The notes under the pieces are model-generated. The model made no database searches and had not been told where the DNA came from. It saw only the letters and a list, made by a program, of their open reading frames with translations. DNA of 64,000 nt, from NCBI GenBank assembly GCA_964536965.1, contig CAZIAL010000004.1, positions 6,614-70,613 of the forward strand, read 5' to 3'. Below are positions 36,736-46,900 of this stretch, in pieces. This DNA is from an uncultured Bacteriovoracaceae bacterium. GTDB lineage: Bacteria > Bdellovibrionota > UBA1018. Made by a program: the position numbers and the translations under genes. The first letter of the stretch is position 1. Every line of letters begins with the position of its first letter.

Positions 36736-38037
36736 TTGGCAAACGTATTTGGCGCATTGAATTCGCGGAATCTTGGAATCAGCGGGGCGCTCGCCTCGGC
36801 GATCCTACTCGCCTCGCCAGTGGCATTCGCCGCTGACCCGGACCAACCTCACATCGATAAGGCGCGCCTGATTTATCAGCGCCTCGCCGGCCGGACGCCG
36901 AAAATTACCGAAGCCAACTTCGTGGCCATGGTCGCGGACGTGAAAGCGGGTCGTCTCGTCGATGCCGCCGCGAAGGCGAGCTCGGACGCAGGCTTCGTGA
37001 ACAACACCCTTCGTCTCTTCGCGGCTCCGATCAACGCGAAGTCGCAGACGTACCAGGCCCTCGACCTGACTCCGGGGATGGCTTACATCATGGGCAAAGT
37101 CCGCGATGGCGCCCCGATCAAGCAGCTGCTGACGGGAAAAGATTATTACAACATCGATCTGACGGGCGTCACCTGTAACAACAACGAAAACCCTTTCGCT
37201 TGTGCGACCCGCCTCGATCTCGATCTGAGCACGCGTCTGGTGCTGAGCAATACTCCGCAGCAGCCGATCATGTCGACGACGAACGGTGCGAACGGCGGCG
37301 CTCGCCAGCCGGCGCAGGTTCCTGCGAGTGAAATCGCCGGACTGTTCACGATGGAAGGCTTCGGCAGCGCCGGGCTTTTCGCGGGTACGAACCGCGCTCC
37401 GATCCAGCAGTTCTACAACCAGCTCTGGTGCACGCCGAACCAAAACCTTCGCGCCACCCAGGACGTGATCGGTAAATGGGTCGGTCGCGACATCAGCCGC
37501 GATCCAGAAGGCACGGGTCTCACCGTTTTCCGCAAAGAGTGCCAGTCGTGTCACTTCGCCATCGACGGCATGCGTGGAGCTTTCGCTTTCTTCGATACGG
37601 TGGATGTGAACGACCGCAACCTCGTCGCCTATGCGGCGAATGCCCAGGGCGTTCCGACGAACGCCGTGGTTCCGAAATACGCTCGCGGCGTGGCGACCTA
37701 TCCGGCGGGATACGCCGTGGTCGACAACTCCTGGGAGCTGATGTTCACGGCGGCGCAGAAAGCGACGCTCGGTTACGACGGCTCGGGCCCGACCTCGGGT
37801 CGCGGCGTCGCTTCGATGGCCGAAGCGCTTACGCACTTCGACGCTCTCGAGAAGTGCATGGTGAAGAAAGCCGCCGAACTTGTTTGCCCGGTGGATCCGA
37901 ACCTGAGCACGCTCGGAACGAACCAGCTGCTGAGCGACAAAGCGAAGCAAGAGTTCGTCGATGAACTGAAAAATTCCGGAAATCTTCGCAAGATTTTCGA
38001 AATGATCGCAGTTCGCCCGGAGTGCCTGGGTAAATAA
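36736..38037 (+). CDS. secreted CxxCH protein, PSCyt3/DUF1588-DUF1592-like
   Basis: TTG start and a signal ending PVAFA/AD. Motifs seen: LIYQRLAGRTPKITEANF, and ECQSCHFAIDGMRGAFAFFD, which resembles the CxxCH-xxxDPxGF signature as I remember it. Confidence 0.6.
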   Translation: MANVFGALNSRNLGISGALASAILLASPVAFAADPDQPHIDKARLIYQRLAGRTPKITEANFVAMVADVKAGRLVDAAAKASSDAGFVNNTLRLFAAPINAKSQTYQALDLTPGMAYIMGKVRDGAPIKQLLTGKDYYNIDLTGVTCNNNENPFACATRLDLDLSTRLVLSNTPQQPIMSTTNGANGGARQPAQVPASEIAGLFTMEGFGSAGLFAGTNRAPIQQFYNQLWCTPNQNLRATQDVIGKWVGRDISRDPEGTGLTVFRKECQSCHFAIDGMRGAFAFFDTVDVNDRNLVAYAANAQGVPTNAVVPKYARGVATYPAGYAVVDNSWELMFTAAQKATLGYDGSGPTSGRGVASMAEALTHFDALEKCMVKKAAELVCPVDPNLSTLGTNQLLSDKAKQEFVDELKNSGNLRKIFEMIAVRPECLGK

Positions 38038-38092
38038 TCGATCGGTTCGTCTTAGGGGATTTATTTCGGGGAAGAAGATCCGGGGGGATCAT

Positions 38093-38770
38093 ATGAATTC
38101 GAAAATCAAACTTTCAGCGAAGATGGTCGGAGGAGCGCTCGCGGTGTTACTCGCCGGCGGGTGCGGCATGGGGAAAGATCTCTCCGACGGCCTCGCGACG
38201 CCATCCACGAACTACGCGCAGTCGGAAGCGGTCTTTAAAGAGGTGAGCTACGGCGAAGCGGTCGGTACCGTCGTCACCCCGAACTTCCGTTCGGCGACTT
38301 CGCAGTTCCTCGATCTGATGGGGATCACGCTCGCGCAGGCGAACGCCGTGCGCGGAGTGCTCGGAAGCGCGCAGGGCAACCTTCCGGAGATCGGTGTCTC
38401 TTCGAACATGGGCGCGAACCAGGTTTTCGCCTATACGAAGATTTACAACGCCGCTTGCAACGACAAGTGCCGGCTCGACCGCGCGGGCACGACTCCGGCG
38501 GGCGAACGCGCCTGCGTCTTTAACTTCGGCCAGGCTTATAACTCCGCCGGAAATTTGGCGGCCTGGGATGCTTCGATGTCGAAGTTATCCGAACTCCTCT
38601 GGGGTCGGACCGAAATCACCGCCGGCGAAAAGGCGGCTCTCGATACGCTCCGGAACGAAGTGGCGGGCGTGGCCGCGGGCAAGGGCCTGAACGTTGCGGA
38701 TACCACCACGGCGGCCTTCCAGGCGGTCTGCGTGGCCATGGCGCTCGCGCCGGCCCATATCGTTCAGTAA
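38093..38770 (+). CDS. lipoprotein, PSD (DUF1592/1595)-like
   Basis: Lipobox LLAGGCG. LSELLWGRTEITAGEKAALDTL resembles the RxPTxxE block of PSD domains. Four Cys residues. Confidence 0.55.
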   Translation: MNSKIKLSAKMVGGALAVLLAGGCGMGKDLSDGLATPSTNYAQSEAVFKEVSYGEAVGTVVTPNFRSATSQFLDLMGITLAQANAVRGVLGSAQGNLPEIGVSSNMGANQVFAYTKIYNAACNDKCRLDRAGTTPAGERACVFNFGQAYNSAGNLAAWDASMSKLSELLWGRTEITAGEKAALDTLRNEVAGVAAGKGLNVADTTTAAFQAVCVAMALAPAHIVQ

Positions 38771-38872
38771 GTCCGGAGGTTTTCGGGCGGGGGCCCGTGA
38801 ACTTGAATAGTTAACCAGGGTTTAGGCGGTTTAGGTTTCAGTCGAAAAAGATTCGGGTACCAAGGGGGCTTT

Positions 38873-40414
38873 ATGCTAATTCGGATTCACAAACAATCTA
38901 AGGACTTTCTCGACGGCAAACAGCACGATCCCATGCTGAATCCCGAGCGACGCCAGTTCCTTAAAGAAGGATTCGCCGGCGTCGGCTCCCTGCTGATCAT
39001 GCCCGGAATGCTTTCGCTGCTTCGGGCGAATCCAGCCCGCGCCGAAGTGTTGGCCTGTAACCAGCGCCCACTCGGAACCACCTTTACCCAAGTCAGTCTT
39101 TCCGGCGGTAACGGGACGAGCTCGATGGTTTACGCCTGGGACGCCGCGGGCGCTCCGCTCCTCGGGAACAGCCGTTCGCTCGGAACCTTCGCGAACAGCG
39201 GCCAGGACACGACTTCGATCGCGGGACTGACCCTTTCGCAGTCCGATATGTTCTCGACCTTCCTTCGCGGCGGCGGCGGCGGAACGCTGACCGTGAACGG
39301 CACGAACATTCCGCGTCTTTTCGACGCGGCGATGACGACCACGATTCTTTCACGCCTCTCCGGCGGAGCGGTCGCCTGCCCGAACGATGACGACACCGAT
39401 TCGAATCCGCTGAACGTGATGAAGTTCTTCGGCAACCGTTGCGGTCTCCGTAAAGGGGTCATCGCCGACGTCGCGGGTAACCCGGCGCGGGAACTTTCGA
39501 TCGACGGCCTGCGGAACAACTTCTCGACGCTCCAGCTCGGCGGAAACCTCGCCAACGTCGGCGCGGCCGCCACGCTCCAGAGCAATACGCTGAACGACTC
39601 TCGCCAGGGCGAGTCGCTGAAAGCGGCCGTGGACAAACTGACGAAAGAGCAGTCGGGTAAACTCGGTGGAAAAGTCGGCTCGGCCGACTTCGTGAAGAAT
39701 ATGATGGCGGGACTCGACGCCGCGAAGGTGAAGTTCGATCCCGTCTATGCCGCCGACGCGCTGGATCCGACCCGCCCGGTGAACGCCGCGGTCCTCGATC
39801 CTGCGAACGGTCTGCGGATGAACTACGCCAACCTTCCGGCCGAATTCAAGCGGATCGTCACGCTCACGGACGCGCTCACGAAGCAGAACTTCGGCGCCGT
39901 GAACATGACCTTCGGCGGATTCGACTACCACCTGAACTCGCCGGCGGTGCAGCGCCAGGAGCGCCACGCTTTCGTCGCGCGGATGATCCTGGTCTGGGCC
40001 GCGAACCATATCCTTCGCCAGACCAACGGCGTGATGATGATCAACACCGACGGTGGGATCGGATTCAACGACCAAGCCCAGAACACGGTCGCGAACGGCG
40101 ACGCCGGTTCGAAGAACATCACGCTCATGATCCACGTCCAAGGGGCGGGCGCCGCCGCGGCGAAGCCAGTCTTTAAACTCGGCGGACGTTTCGGAGCCCT
40201 CGCGGTTTCGGAAGCCGCTCAGCGGGACAACGTTTTCGCTTCGCGCCGGGAAATGCCGAGCGTCGCGATCCTTTACACCTTCGCCCTGCTCTCGGGGCTG
40301 GTCGTAAATGGACAGCCGAGCGAAACGGAGTTCTTGGCGGCGATCAACGGAGGGCTGAACCTCCTGCCGGGCGGCGTCGCCCAGCTTCGCTCGCTCAGTC
40401 TGTTGCGGACCTGA
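38873..40414 (+). CDS. Tat-exported protein, distantly DUF1501-like
   Basis: ATG with AAGGGGG upstream. Twin-arginine motif ERRQFLKEGFAGVGSLLIMPG...ANPARA, and GGFDYHLNS (compare DUF1501 G-W-D-T-H). The family call is weak. Confidence 0.6.
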   Translation: MLIRIHKQSKDFLDGKQHDPMLNPERRQFLKEGFAGVGSLLIMPGMLSLLRANPARAEVLACNQRPLGTTFTQVSLSGGNGTSSMVYAWDAAGAPLLGNSRSLGTFANSGQDTTSIAGLTLSQSDMFSTFLRGGGGGTLTVNGTNIPRLFDAAMTTTILSRLSGGAVACPNDDDTDSNPLNVMKFFGNRCGLRKGVIADVAGNPARELSIDGLRNNFSTLQLGGNLANVGAAATLQSNTLNDSRQGESLKAAVDKLTKEQSGKLGGKVGSADFVKNMMAGLDAAKVKFDPVYAADALDPTRPVNAAVLDPANGLRMNYANLPAEFKRIVTLTDALTKQNFGAVNMTFGGFDYHLNSPAVQRQERHAFVARMILVWAANHILRQTNGVMMINTDGGIGFNDQAQNTVANGDAGSKNITLMIHVQGAGAAAAKPVFKLGGRFGALAVSEAAQRDNVFASRREMPSVAILYTFALLSGLVVNGQPSETEFLAAINGGLNLLPGGVAQLRSLSLLRT

Positions 40415-40454
40415 TGGCCCATCGCGGTTCTGACGGTGACTTAAGGGGAACGTT

Positions 40455-41642
40455 ATGCGGAAAAATTTCCTAAAATTAGCGGTAATCGGGTGGGCGTTCG
40501 CGCTCACGGCCTGCGTACCTATGACCATGATCGGCGGCGGTAAGTTGGAAGACGCCGCTATGGCGGTCTATCCGATTCGCACCGATGTATCGGACCTCTC
40601 CAGCGGTCTGGAAGCTTTCCGTACGGTGGTGGCCCCACTCATCTCCGATTCTCAGTGTACCGCCTGCCATACGACCCAGGCTCCGACCCTCGGGTCTTCG
40701 GTGATCGAGATCGCTTACGAAGCCGCGATCTCTCGGTTGAATAAAACGAATCCCGCATCTTCCGCGATCATCTCGAAATCGCAGGATGGCCACTGCGGGG
40801 GCTGCTCGACCGCGTCTCGTTCCGACTGGACTTCCGCAATCGAAACCTGGGCGCGCGTCGAAGTCGCGCTCGGCGGTAGCGGCGGCGGGCCTGGCCCCGC
40901 CGGTCCCGGAGCCCAGCCGGCGAATCCTCCCGTCGATCTCGGCACGCCGCCGGTCTTCATGACTCCGGTCCAGCAGATGAACGGCACGGGCGGAAACAAC
41001 CGACTGATCTCGCTCGCCGGCCGCGGCGGCGCGTTCGGCGGGGTGAGCCTCATGATCAACCTCCAGGATCCGTACGCCGCGGTGGCGAACACGGCGCGAA
41101 TCTTCACGGTTCGGCTCCAGAACAACTCCGGCAGCTATATCCTGGTCCGCGGAATCCGGATTTTCCAGAGCCAGGATGCGAACGTCGACCCGACCAATCC
41201 CCAGGACTTCCTCCCGGACGTCGGCGCGGCGTTTAGCGACGTCGACGCGGTCATCTATCCGAATGCGACGACCCAGCTTTCCTTCGGCGAAGCGCTGATG
41301 TCGAAATCCGACGGCCTCTTCTACGCCTTCGGATTCCAGGCGCTCGAAGTGACGAACGCACCGACGTGCAAAGCCCAGGCGGTCTTCAACAATACGGTGA
41401 ATCCGATCCTGAACGCTTGCACGGGCTGCCACAACGCCGGAGGGTCCGGATCGGGCCGCTGGACGCTTGCGGCGGACGCGACCAATCGGTGCCTGCAGTC
41501 CTTGCAGCGCTCGGATCTGAACACTCCGATCGCCTCTCGCCTGATTCAGGCTCCTCGGTTCCGGGTGCCGAACCATCCGAACCAGGCGCTGAACGACGCG
41601 CAGGTCGATACCATTATCAACTGGATCACGCTGGAACAGTAA
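40455..41642 (+). CDS. lipoprotein with two CxxCH (PSCyt1-like) modules
   Basis: Lipobox FALTAC. Motifs seen: VVAPLISDSQCTACH at the N-terminus, VNPILNACTGCHNAGG near the C-terminus, and a Gly/Pro linker with a beta-rich middle region. Confidence 0.65.
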   Translation: MRKNFLKLAVIGWAFALTACVPMTMIGGGKLEDAAMAVYPIRTDVSDLSSGLEAFRTVVAPLISDSQCTACHTTQAPTLGSSVIEIAYEAAISRLNKTNPASSAIISKSQDGHCGGCSTASRSDWTSAIETWARVEVALGGSGGGPGPAGPGAQPANPPVDLGTPPVFMTPVQQMNGTGGNNRLISLAGRGGAFGGVSLMINLQDPYAAVANTARIFTVRLQNNSGSYILVRGIRIFQSQDANVDPTNPQDFLPDVGAAFSDVDAVIYPNATTQLSFGEALMSKSDGLFYAFGFQALEVTNAPTCKAQAVFNNTVNPILNACTGCHNAGGSGSGRWTLAADATNRCLQSLQRSDLNTPIASRLIQAPRFRVPNHPNQALNDAQVDTIINWITLEQ

Positions 41643-41681
41643 TAGAGAATCCGCTCAAGCAGCCTCTTAACTTTGGTTTCT

Positions 41682-42557
41682 ATGAGCGAACGATCTCTCC
41701 TGACAGTTTCAAAACGACATATGGCCACGGATTTCCATTTCGAGGTCGTGGTCGATGATCGGACTCTCCGCGCGGGAGACTCGGTGCTCCTCGAAGCGCA
41801 TGCGGCGGTCGATTCCATCGAAGACGAGCTCACCGAATTTCGCGACCCTTCCCCAGTTCGGTGGCTGAACGACGCTGGCGTCGGCGAGTGGGTCGCGCTC
41901 ACTCCCCATTTCCAGCGCATTCTCGCGCAGTCCCTTCGGCTCCAGAAGGAATCCGCCGGTTACTTTTCGCCTTTCGCGAAATCGGAAGGGGAATTCAGCG
42001 AGGGCGATCTCGAAATCGAAAGGGATCGCGTGCGCAAGCGAGCGGACGGACTCCGCATCGGATTCGGTGCGATTGGAAAAGGTTATGCGCTCGACCATGT
42101 ACGCCTCCTGCTCGAGCGGCACGGCTTTCTCGACTACCGGCTGAACTGCGGTGGATCGAGTTGGATTCTTCGCGGCGGCAACGCCGGAGGCGGGCCCTGG
42201 GAAATCCAGTGGGCCTGGGACCGCGACGCCGATGGGGACTATCGAGGCCAGGCGCTCGCTCTCCGTTCGGACGAGTCCCTTGCCATCGGCGTTTCCGGGG
42301 TACTCGAGCAGGGGAATCATTTTCGTTTTCGCGGGGCGCCGGCGCCCGACGGGATCATCAGTGGATTTTATGCCGGTCGATCGGCCGCCGAGGCCGACGC
42401 ACTCTCCACCGCGCTCTTCGTGGGCGCGAGTCTCGAAGGCGCCGAAATCTTGACGAAGCTCGGGAGCGTCTTGCGAGATCCGTCGCTCGCATATGTAGAT
42501 AAGACCGGACAGATCGTTTACAATCGATGCTTCGAGAAACGTTTTGGGCAGTCCTAA
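41682..42557 (+). CDS. apbE: FAD:protein FMN transferase (ApbE family), no signal peptide
   Basis: Motifs seen: HMATDFHFEVVV, GFGAIGKGYALDHV, NCGGSSW and AADALSTALFV. An in-frame stop at 41643-41645 excludes a longer N-terminus. Confidence 0.85.
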   Translation: MSERSLLTVSKRHMATDFHFEVVVDDRTLRAGDSVLLEAHAAVDSIEDELTEFRDPSPVRWLNDAGVGEWVALTPHFQRILAQSLRLQKESAGYFSPFAKSEGEFSEGDLEIERDRVRKRADGLRIGFGAIGKGYALDHVRLLLERHGFLDYRLNCGGSSWILRGGNAGGGPWEIQWAWDRDADGDYRGQALALRSDESLAIGVSGVLEQGNHFRFRGAPAPDGIISGFYAGRSAAEADALSTALFVGASLEGAEILTKLGSVLRDPSLAYVDKTGQIVYNRCFEKRFGQS

Positions 42558-42585
42558 CCGCAGTCCGTTCGAACGAGGAATGATC

Positions 42586-43113
42586 ATGCAATCGAAGAAG
42601 AAAACGTCCCTCATCAAGTCCACTTTTCTGACCGCCGCGATGGTCGTCGAACTTTCGCGGATGAGCGCGTTCGCCACGGAGTTCGAGCCGCTCGGCAAGG
42701 CGATCGAGGGCACCTTAGGAACCAAAAAGGCTTTCAAGAAAAGTTTCGCGTTCGAAGGAAAGCCCCTGGACGTGTTTTATGCGAAGGATGGATCGGGTAA
42801 ACCGACCAAATTCGCTTTCGTGCAGAAGGGAATTTACGAGCCGAACTGCACCCACACCTGGATCGTCGGGGTCGAGGCGGGCAGCGGAAAAGTTTCCCAG
42901 GTTCGCGTGGTGGAAATGTCCTGTCCCCATGCTTATCCGACGAAAACCGAAAGCTTTTTGGGTCAGTTCAAGGGCAAGGGAGCGAAAGACGCTCCGAAGC
43001 TGAAAGCGGATATCGCGACGATCGCGAAGGCGACCGGCTCCTCGGTTCTCGCCATCGATGCGGTTCGCCGATCGGTGGTCGCCGCTTCGAAGCTGAAAGG
43101 GAAAATCAAGTAA
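42586..43113 (+). CDS. secreted FMN-binding-domain protein (ApbE substrate candidate)
   Basis: Signal KKKTSLIKSTFLTAAMVVELSRMSAFA. FMN_bind-like features seen: WIVGVEAGSGKVSQVRVVEMS, FLGQFKGKG and ADIATIAKATGSSVLAIDAVRRSV. Confidence 0.75.
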   Translation: MQSKKKTSLIKSTFLTAAMVVELSRMSAFATEFEPLGKAIEGTLGTKKAFKKSFAFEGKPLDVFYAKDGSGKPTKFAFVQKGIYEPNCTHTWIVGVEAGSGKVSQVRVVEMSCPHAYPTKTESFLGQFKGKGAKDAPKLKADIATIAKATGSSVLAIDAVRRSVVAASKLKGKIK

Positions 43114-43142
43114 AGGCCCCCAGGATTTCCCGGACCTCGACT

Positions 43143-43916
43143 CTAGAGCGCCTTCTTCGCCTTGGGCGAGGAAGGCGTTTTCGTTTTATTTCCACGTTCC
43201 ATGGTGGGCGCACCTGCCGCGCCGGACGCGGGTTCATCCGGAAACGCCGCGAACGAAATCTTGCTCTTTAGCGCGTCGTAGAGATCACCGACATTCATGC
43301 TCTCGATGTTATATTTCTTATCCTTCGGATTCTTCGGATAACAAACGAAGGCGGTGAAATCGAAGCTGTCGATCTTAATCGCCATCTCGTTCAGCTGCAC
43401 CTTCTTCGGCTTCGCTTTCGAGCCCGGCGGCGGGAGCTGAACGCGCTCCTTCTGGAATCGGGTGAGCGGGTGGTTGATGTAATTCCCTCGCGCATCCGTG
43501 CCGTTCAGGCCGAAACGGAAACGAGTGGGTGGGGCTTCTTTCGCCGCTTTCGGGTTCTTCTTAAGATGGGCGAGGTAGTCGGCCGTAAATTCGCCTTCTT
43601 TATGGGACGGATCCTTCAGTTCGTCCTCGCGACCGTAGGTCACCTTCGCGGTGAAATCGTCGGGGCGCGGACAGCGGCCGATTCGCGTGAACCCGTTCGC
43701 ATTCTGCCGGAGCGAGCATCGAATATGCTTGCTCCGGGACGGAATGGGAATGTCCGCGACGCCTTCGTTGGTCTTAAATTCGTTCCGAAAGCAGAACTCC
43801 GTGTTTTTCAGCGTCTCTAGATTCTGGATCCGCAGGTTTTCCGTCTCCGGGTCCGCGATCGCGAGCGATGCGGGGAGGAGGGAGAGCACGGCCAACGCGA
43901 AAGGAAGCTTTCTCAT
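43143..43916 (-). CDS. secreted Cys-containing hypothetical protein coupled to the RND pump
   Basis: Signal MRKLPFALAVLSLLPASLAIA. Four Cys residues and a Lys/Pro-rich tail. Its ATG overlaps the RND stop (ATGA at 43913-43916). Confidence 0.7.
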   Translation of the reverse strand: MRKLPFALAVLSLLPASLAIADPETENLRIQNLETLKNTEFCFRNEFKTNEGVADIPIPSRSKHIRCSLRQNANGFTRIGRCPRPDDFTAKVTYGREDELKDPSHKEGEFTADYLAHLKKNPKAAKEAPPTRFRFGLNGTDARGNYINHPLTRFQKERVQLPPPGSKAKPKKVQLNEMAIKIDSFDFTAFVCYPKNPKDKKYNIESMNVGDLYDALKSKISFAAFPDEPASGAAGAPTMERGNKTKTPSSPKAKKAL

Positions 43917-46900
43917 TTCCCGATATTAAACCGAGCCAGTCGAAGTTGGAACGAGTCCAAAACGGCGAAAGCGGAAGGCAGCACGAAAAGCGTCAATAAG
44001 GAGCCGCCGACCAGACCCCAGCCGAGTGCCATCGCGATGGGAACGACGAACTTATCGATCCCTCCGATCCCGTAGGCCGTCGGCATAAGCCCACAAACCG
44101 TCGTAAACGTGGTCAGGAAGATCGGACGCAAACGCGTGGAAGCGGCGCGTACGATGCTTTCGGGACCCGCTTTTCCTTCGGCGCGTTCCTGGTTTACCGC
44201 GTCAATGAAGACGATCGCATTGTTCACGATCACGCCCGCGAGGGCGATGATTCCGAGCATGCCCATGAAGCTGAGGGGAAGCTGATGGATGAAGAACGCC
44301 CAGATCACGCCGATGATCCCGAACGGGATGGAAGCCAGGACGAGCAAAGGCTGGAGAATCGACCCGAAGGTCAGAATGAGAATGAAAAGAATGCCGAGTG
44401 CCGCGATTCCGAACGCGCGAATCATGGACTGAAGGGACTCCTGCGTATCTTCGTCTTCGCCTCCGAAGGCGAAACTCACGTTCGGAAACCGGGTCCGTAG
44501 TTCGGGAAAGAACTCCGCGATTTTCGCGCTCATCTGGGTCGCGGACGAAAGGCTCGTATCGATCTCTCCGAGCACCCGGACTTCGCGTTCGTTGTTCTCA
44601 TGCTCGTAAGACGTCACCCCGCGATGGCTTTTCAGCTTCGCGACGCGCGAGAGGGGCACGAGGTTGCCCTGGGCGTTCGGCACGAGGATCCGGGAAAACG
44701 AGTCTTCGTCGGCACGGTCACTTTTCGGAAATGAGACGCGAACGTCCACTTCATCGTCGAGGCTGCGGATGGAAGTCGCGACGATTCCGTCGAAGGCGGC
44801 GCGAACGGTATTTCCGATCTGGGCGACCGAGAGCTGCGCGGCCCGTGCCTCGCTCCCGTCGACGATCAGCCGGATCTCTTCCTTCCCTTCGGCGTAAGAG
44901 TTCATGATGTCGAGCGCACCGGGAAGGGATCGCACTTTCTCCTCGAGGGCGTGCACCGCGGGAAGGATCTCCTCGAAAGTATTCCCCCGAACCGCGACGC
45001 TGATCGGCTTCCCGACCGGCGGGCCTCCCCCCGCGCGTTCGAAGGTCAGCGCGACGATCTCCGCCGGCTTCGCGACTTGCTTCTTCATCGCCTCGATGAT
45101 CTCGGCCGCGGTCCGGGTGCGGTTCTCTTCCGGATGCAGGTAAACCGCGATTTGCCCGACATGGCTTCCTCGGCGCGTATTCGGATCGTTGGGTTCCTCT
45201 TGCTGGACTCCAACGAAAGTGACGTAATCCTTCAGCTCGTTCTTCGGCAGGGTCTGGAGCTGTTTTTCGATGTCGATGAGATAGGCTTGGGTGGTTTCGA
45301 GGCTGGCACTCGTCGGCGCCGTCAGCCGGACGAAGAAAATCTCGATTCCTTCCGGAGGAAACAGGACGAAGCGCATGGTCGACGCGACCCCGATACTGAC
45401 CACGAAAAGGAGTCCGGCCGCGCCGACGGTCTTCCATTTATTCAGGACGAGTTTCGTCAGGACGCGAGCATAAGCAGGGGTGATCCGGTGATCCCACGTC
45501 CGCTTGAACCATTCTCCGAATCGCCCGATTCCTCGCAGTTCAGTCACGCTCGGAAGGACGTCTTTCCGTCGGACGAAATGGGCGATGTGCTGTGGCAGGA
45601 TGAAGAACGCCTCGAAAAGGGAAGCGGCCAAGGCGAGGATGACGCCGACCGGGATCTGCCGTACGAATTTTCCGAAAATACCGCTCATAAAGAGCATCGG
45701 AAGGAACGCCATGGTCGTGGTGAGAACGGATGCGGTCACCGCTTTCCAGATTTCCTGGGTGCCCTTGCGAGCGGCGTCCTCCGGAGAGTCGCCTTGCTCC
45801 ATCCGACGGGCGGCCGCATCCATTACGACGATCGCGTCATCGACGAGCATTCCGGAAACGATGATGAAGCCGAGCAAGGAGATCAAATTCAGGCTGAATC
45901 CGAGGTAGTGGAACAGGATCATGCCGCCGAGGAAAGAAAACGGAATCCCGAGCGAGACGATCATCGCCATTCGGAAGCGAAGAATCAGCGTGAGAACGAT
46001 CAGCACGAGCACGAGGCCCACCATCAGATTTCCGGAAAGGATTCCGATCCGGCGGTCGATGTATTCCGACATGTCGTTCACGAGCGTGTACTCCACGCCC
46101 AGTTTTCCCAGCCGATCCCTTTCTTTCGCCATGTGGGCCTTCACGACGTCGACGACCTTGATCGCGTCGGCGCGTTCCTTCTTCAGGACGGTAAGGCTGA
46201 TCGACGGCGCGCCGTTCGTCCGGCTGAGCGTTTTGGCTTTTTCGAGTCCGTACTGGACGTGGGCGACGTCGGCGACGCGGATGGGGCGGCCGAAGTCGTT
46301 CGCACGGATCACGGTGCGCGCGACCTCGTCCGCGTTCTTGAATTCGCCGACGGTCCGCACGAGTTTTTCCTTCTCGTCGATGGTAGGATTCTTCGCCTCG
46401 AGAGTTCCGGCGGGGACCGATACGTTTTCCCCGTCCAGCGCCTGGACGACCTCGTCCAGGGAGAGACGATAGCGAGCCAGCTTCGACGGATCCGCCTCGA
46501 CCTTCACTTCGAGGTCGCGGATTCCGAGGGGAGAGACCTTCGCGACGCCCGGAAGTTTTTCGATTTCTTTTTCGAGCGCGCGGGCGATCGCCCGAAACTC
46601 GACCGGATCAAGCGTGCTTCGGAGGGAGACCTCTACGATCGGGGTGAGCGTGCTCTTCACCGCGACGGCCTTCGGATCTTCCGCGCCGGACGGAGCGTCG
46701 AACAAATCCAGGATATCCTGGACGTCCGCTTTCGCTTCCGTTTCGGTCGTCTGATCGGGGTCGAGCTGGAGAATGATTTCGCTCATTCCTTCGACGGAAA
46801 CCGATCGCATTTTTTTAATGCCATCGACTTCGCGCAGATCCTGTTCCAGGGGGTTCGTCACCAGTTTTTCGACTTCTTCGGGCGACGAACCGGGAAATAC

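Noticed and set aside
36737-36756. A sigma-54-like sequence, TTGGCAaacgtatTTGGCgc, at the start of the CxxCH cluster.
   Set aside because: The GG-to-GC spacing is 12 nt, not 10, and the sequence lies inside the coding region. A similar TGGCAG...TTCGA near 27233 was rejected for the same reasons.
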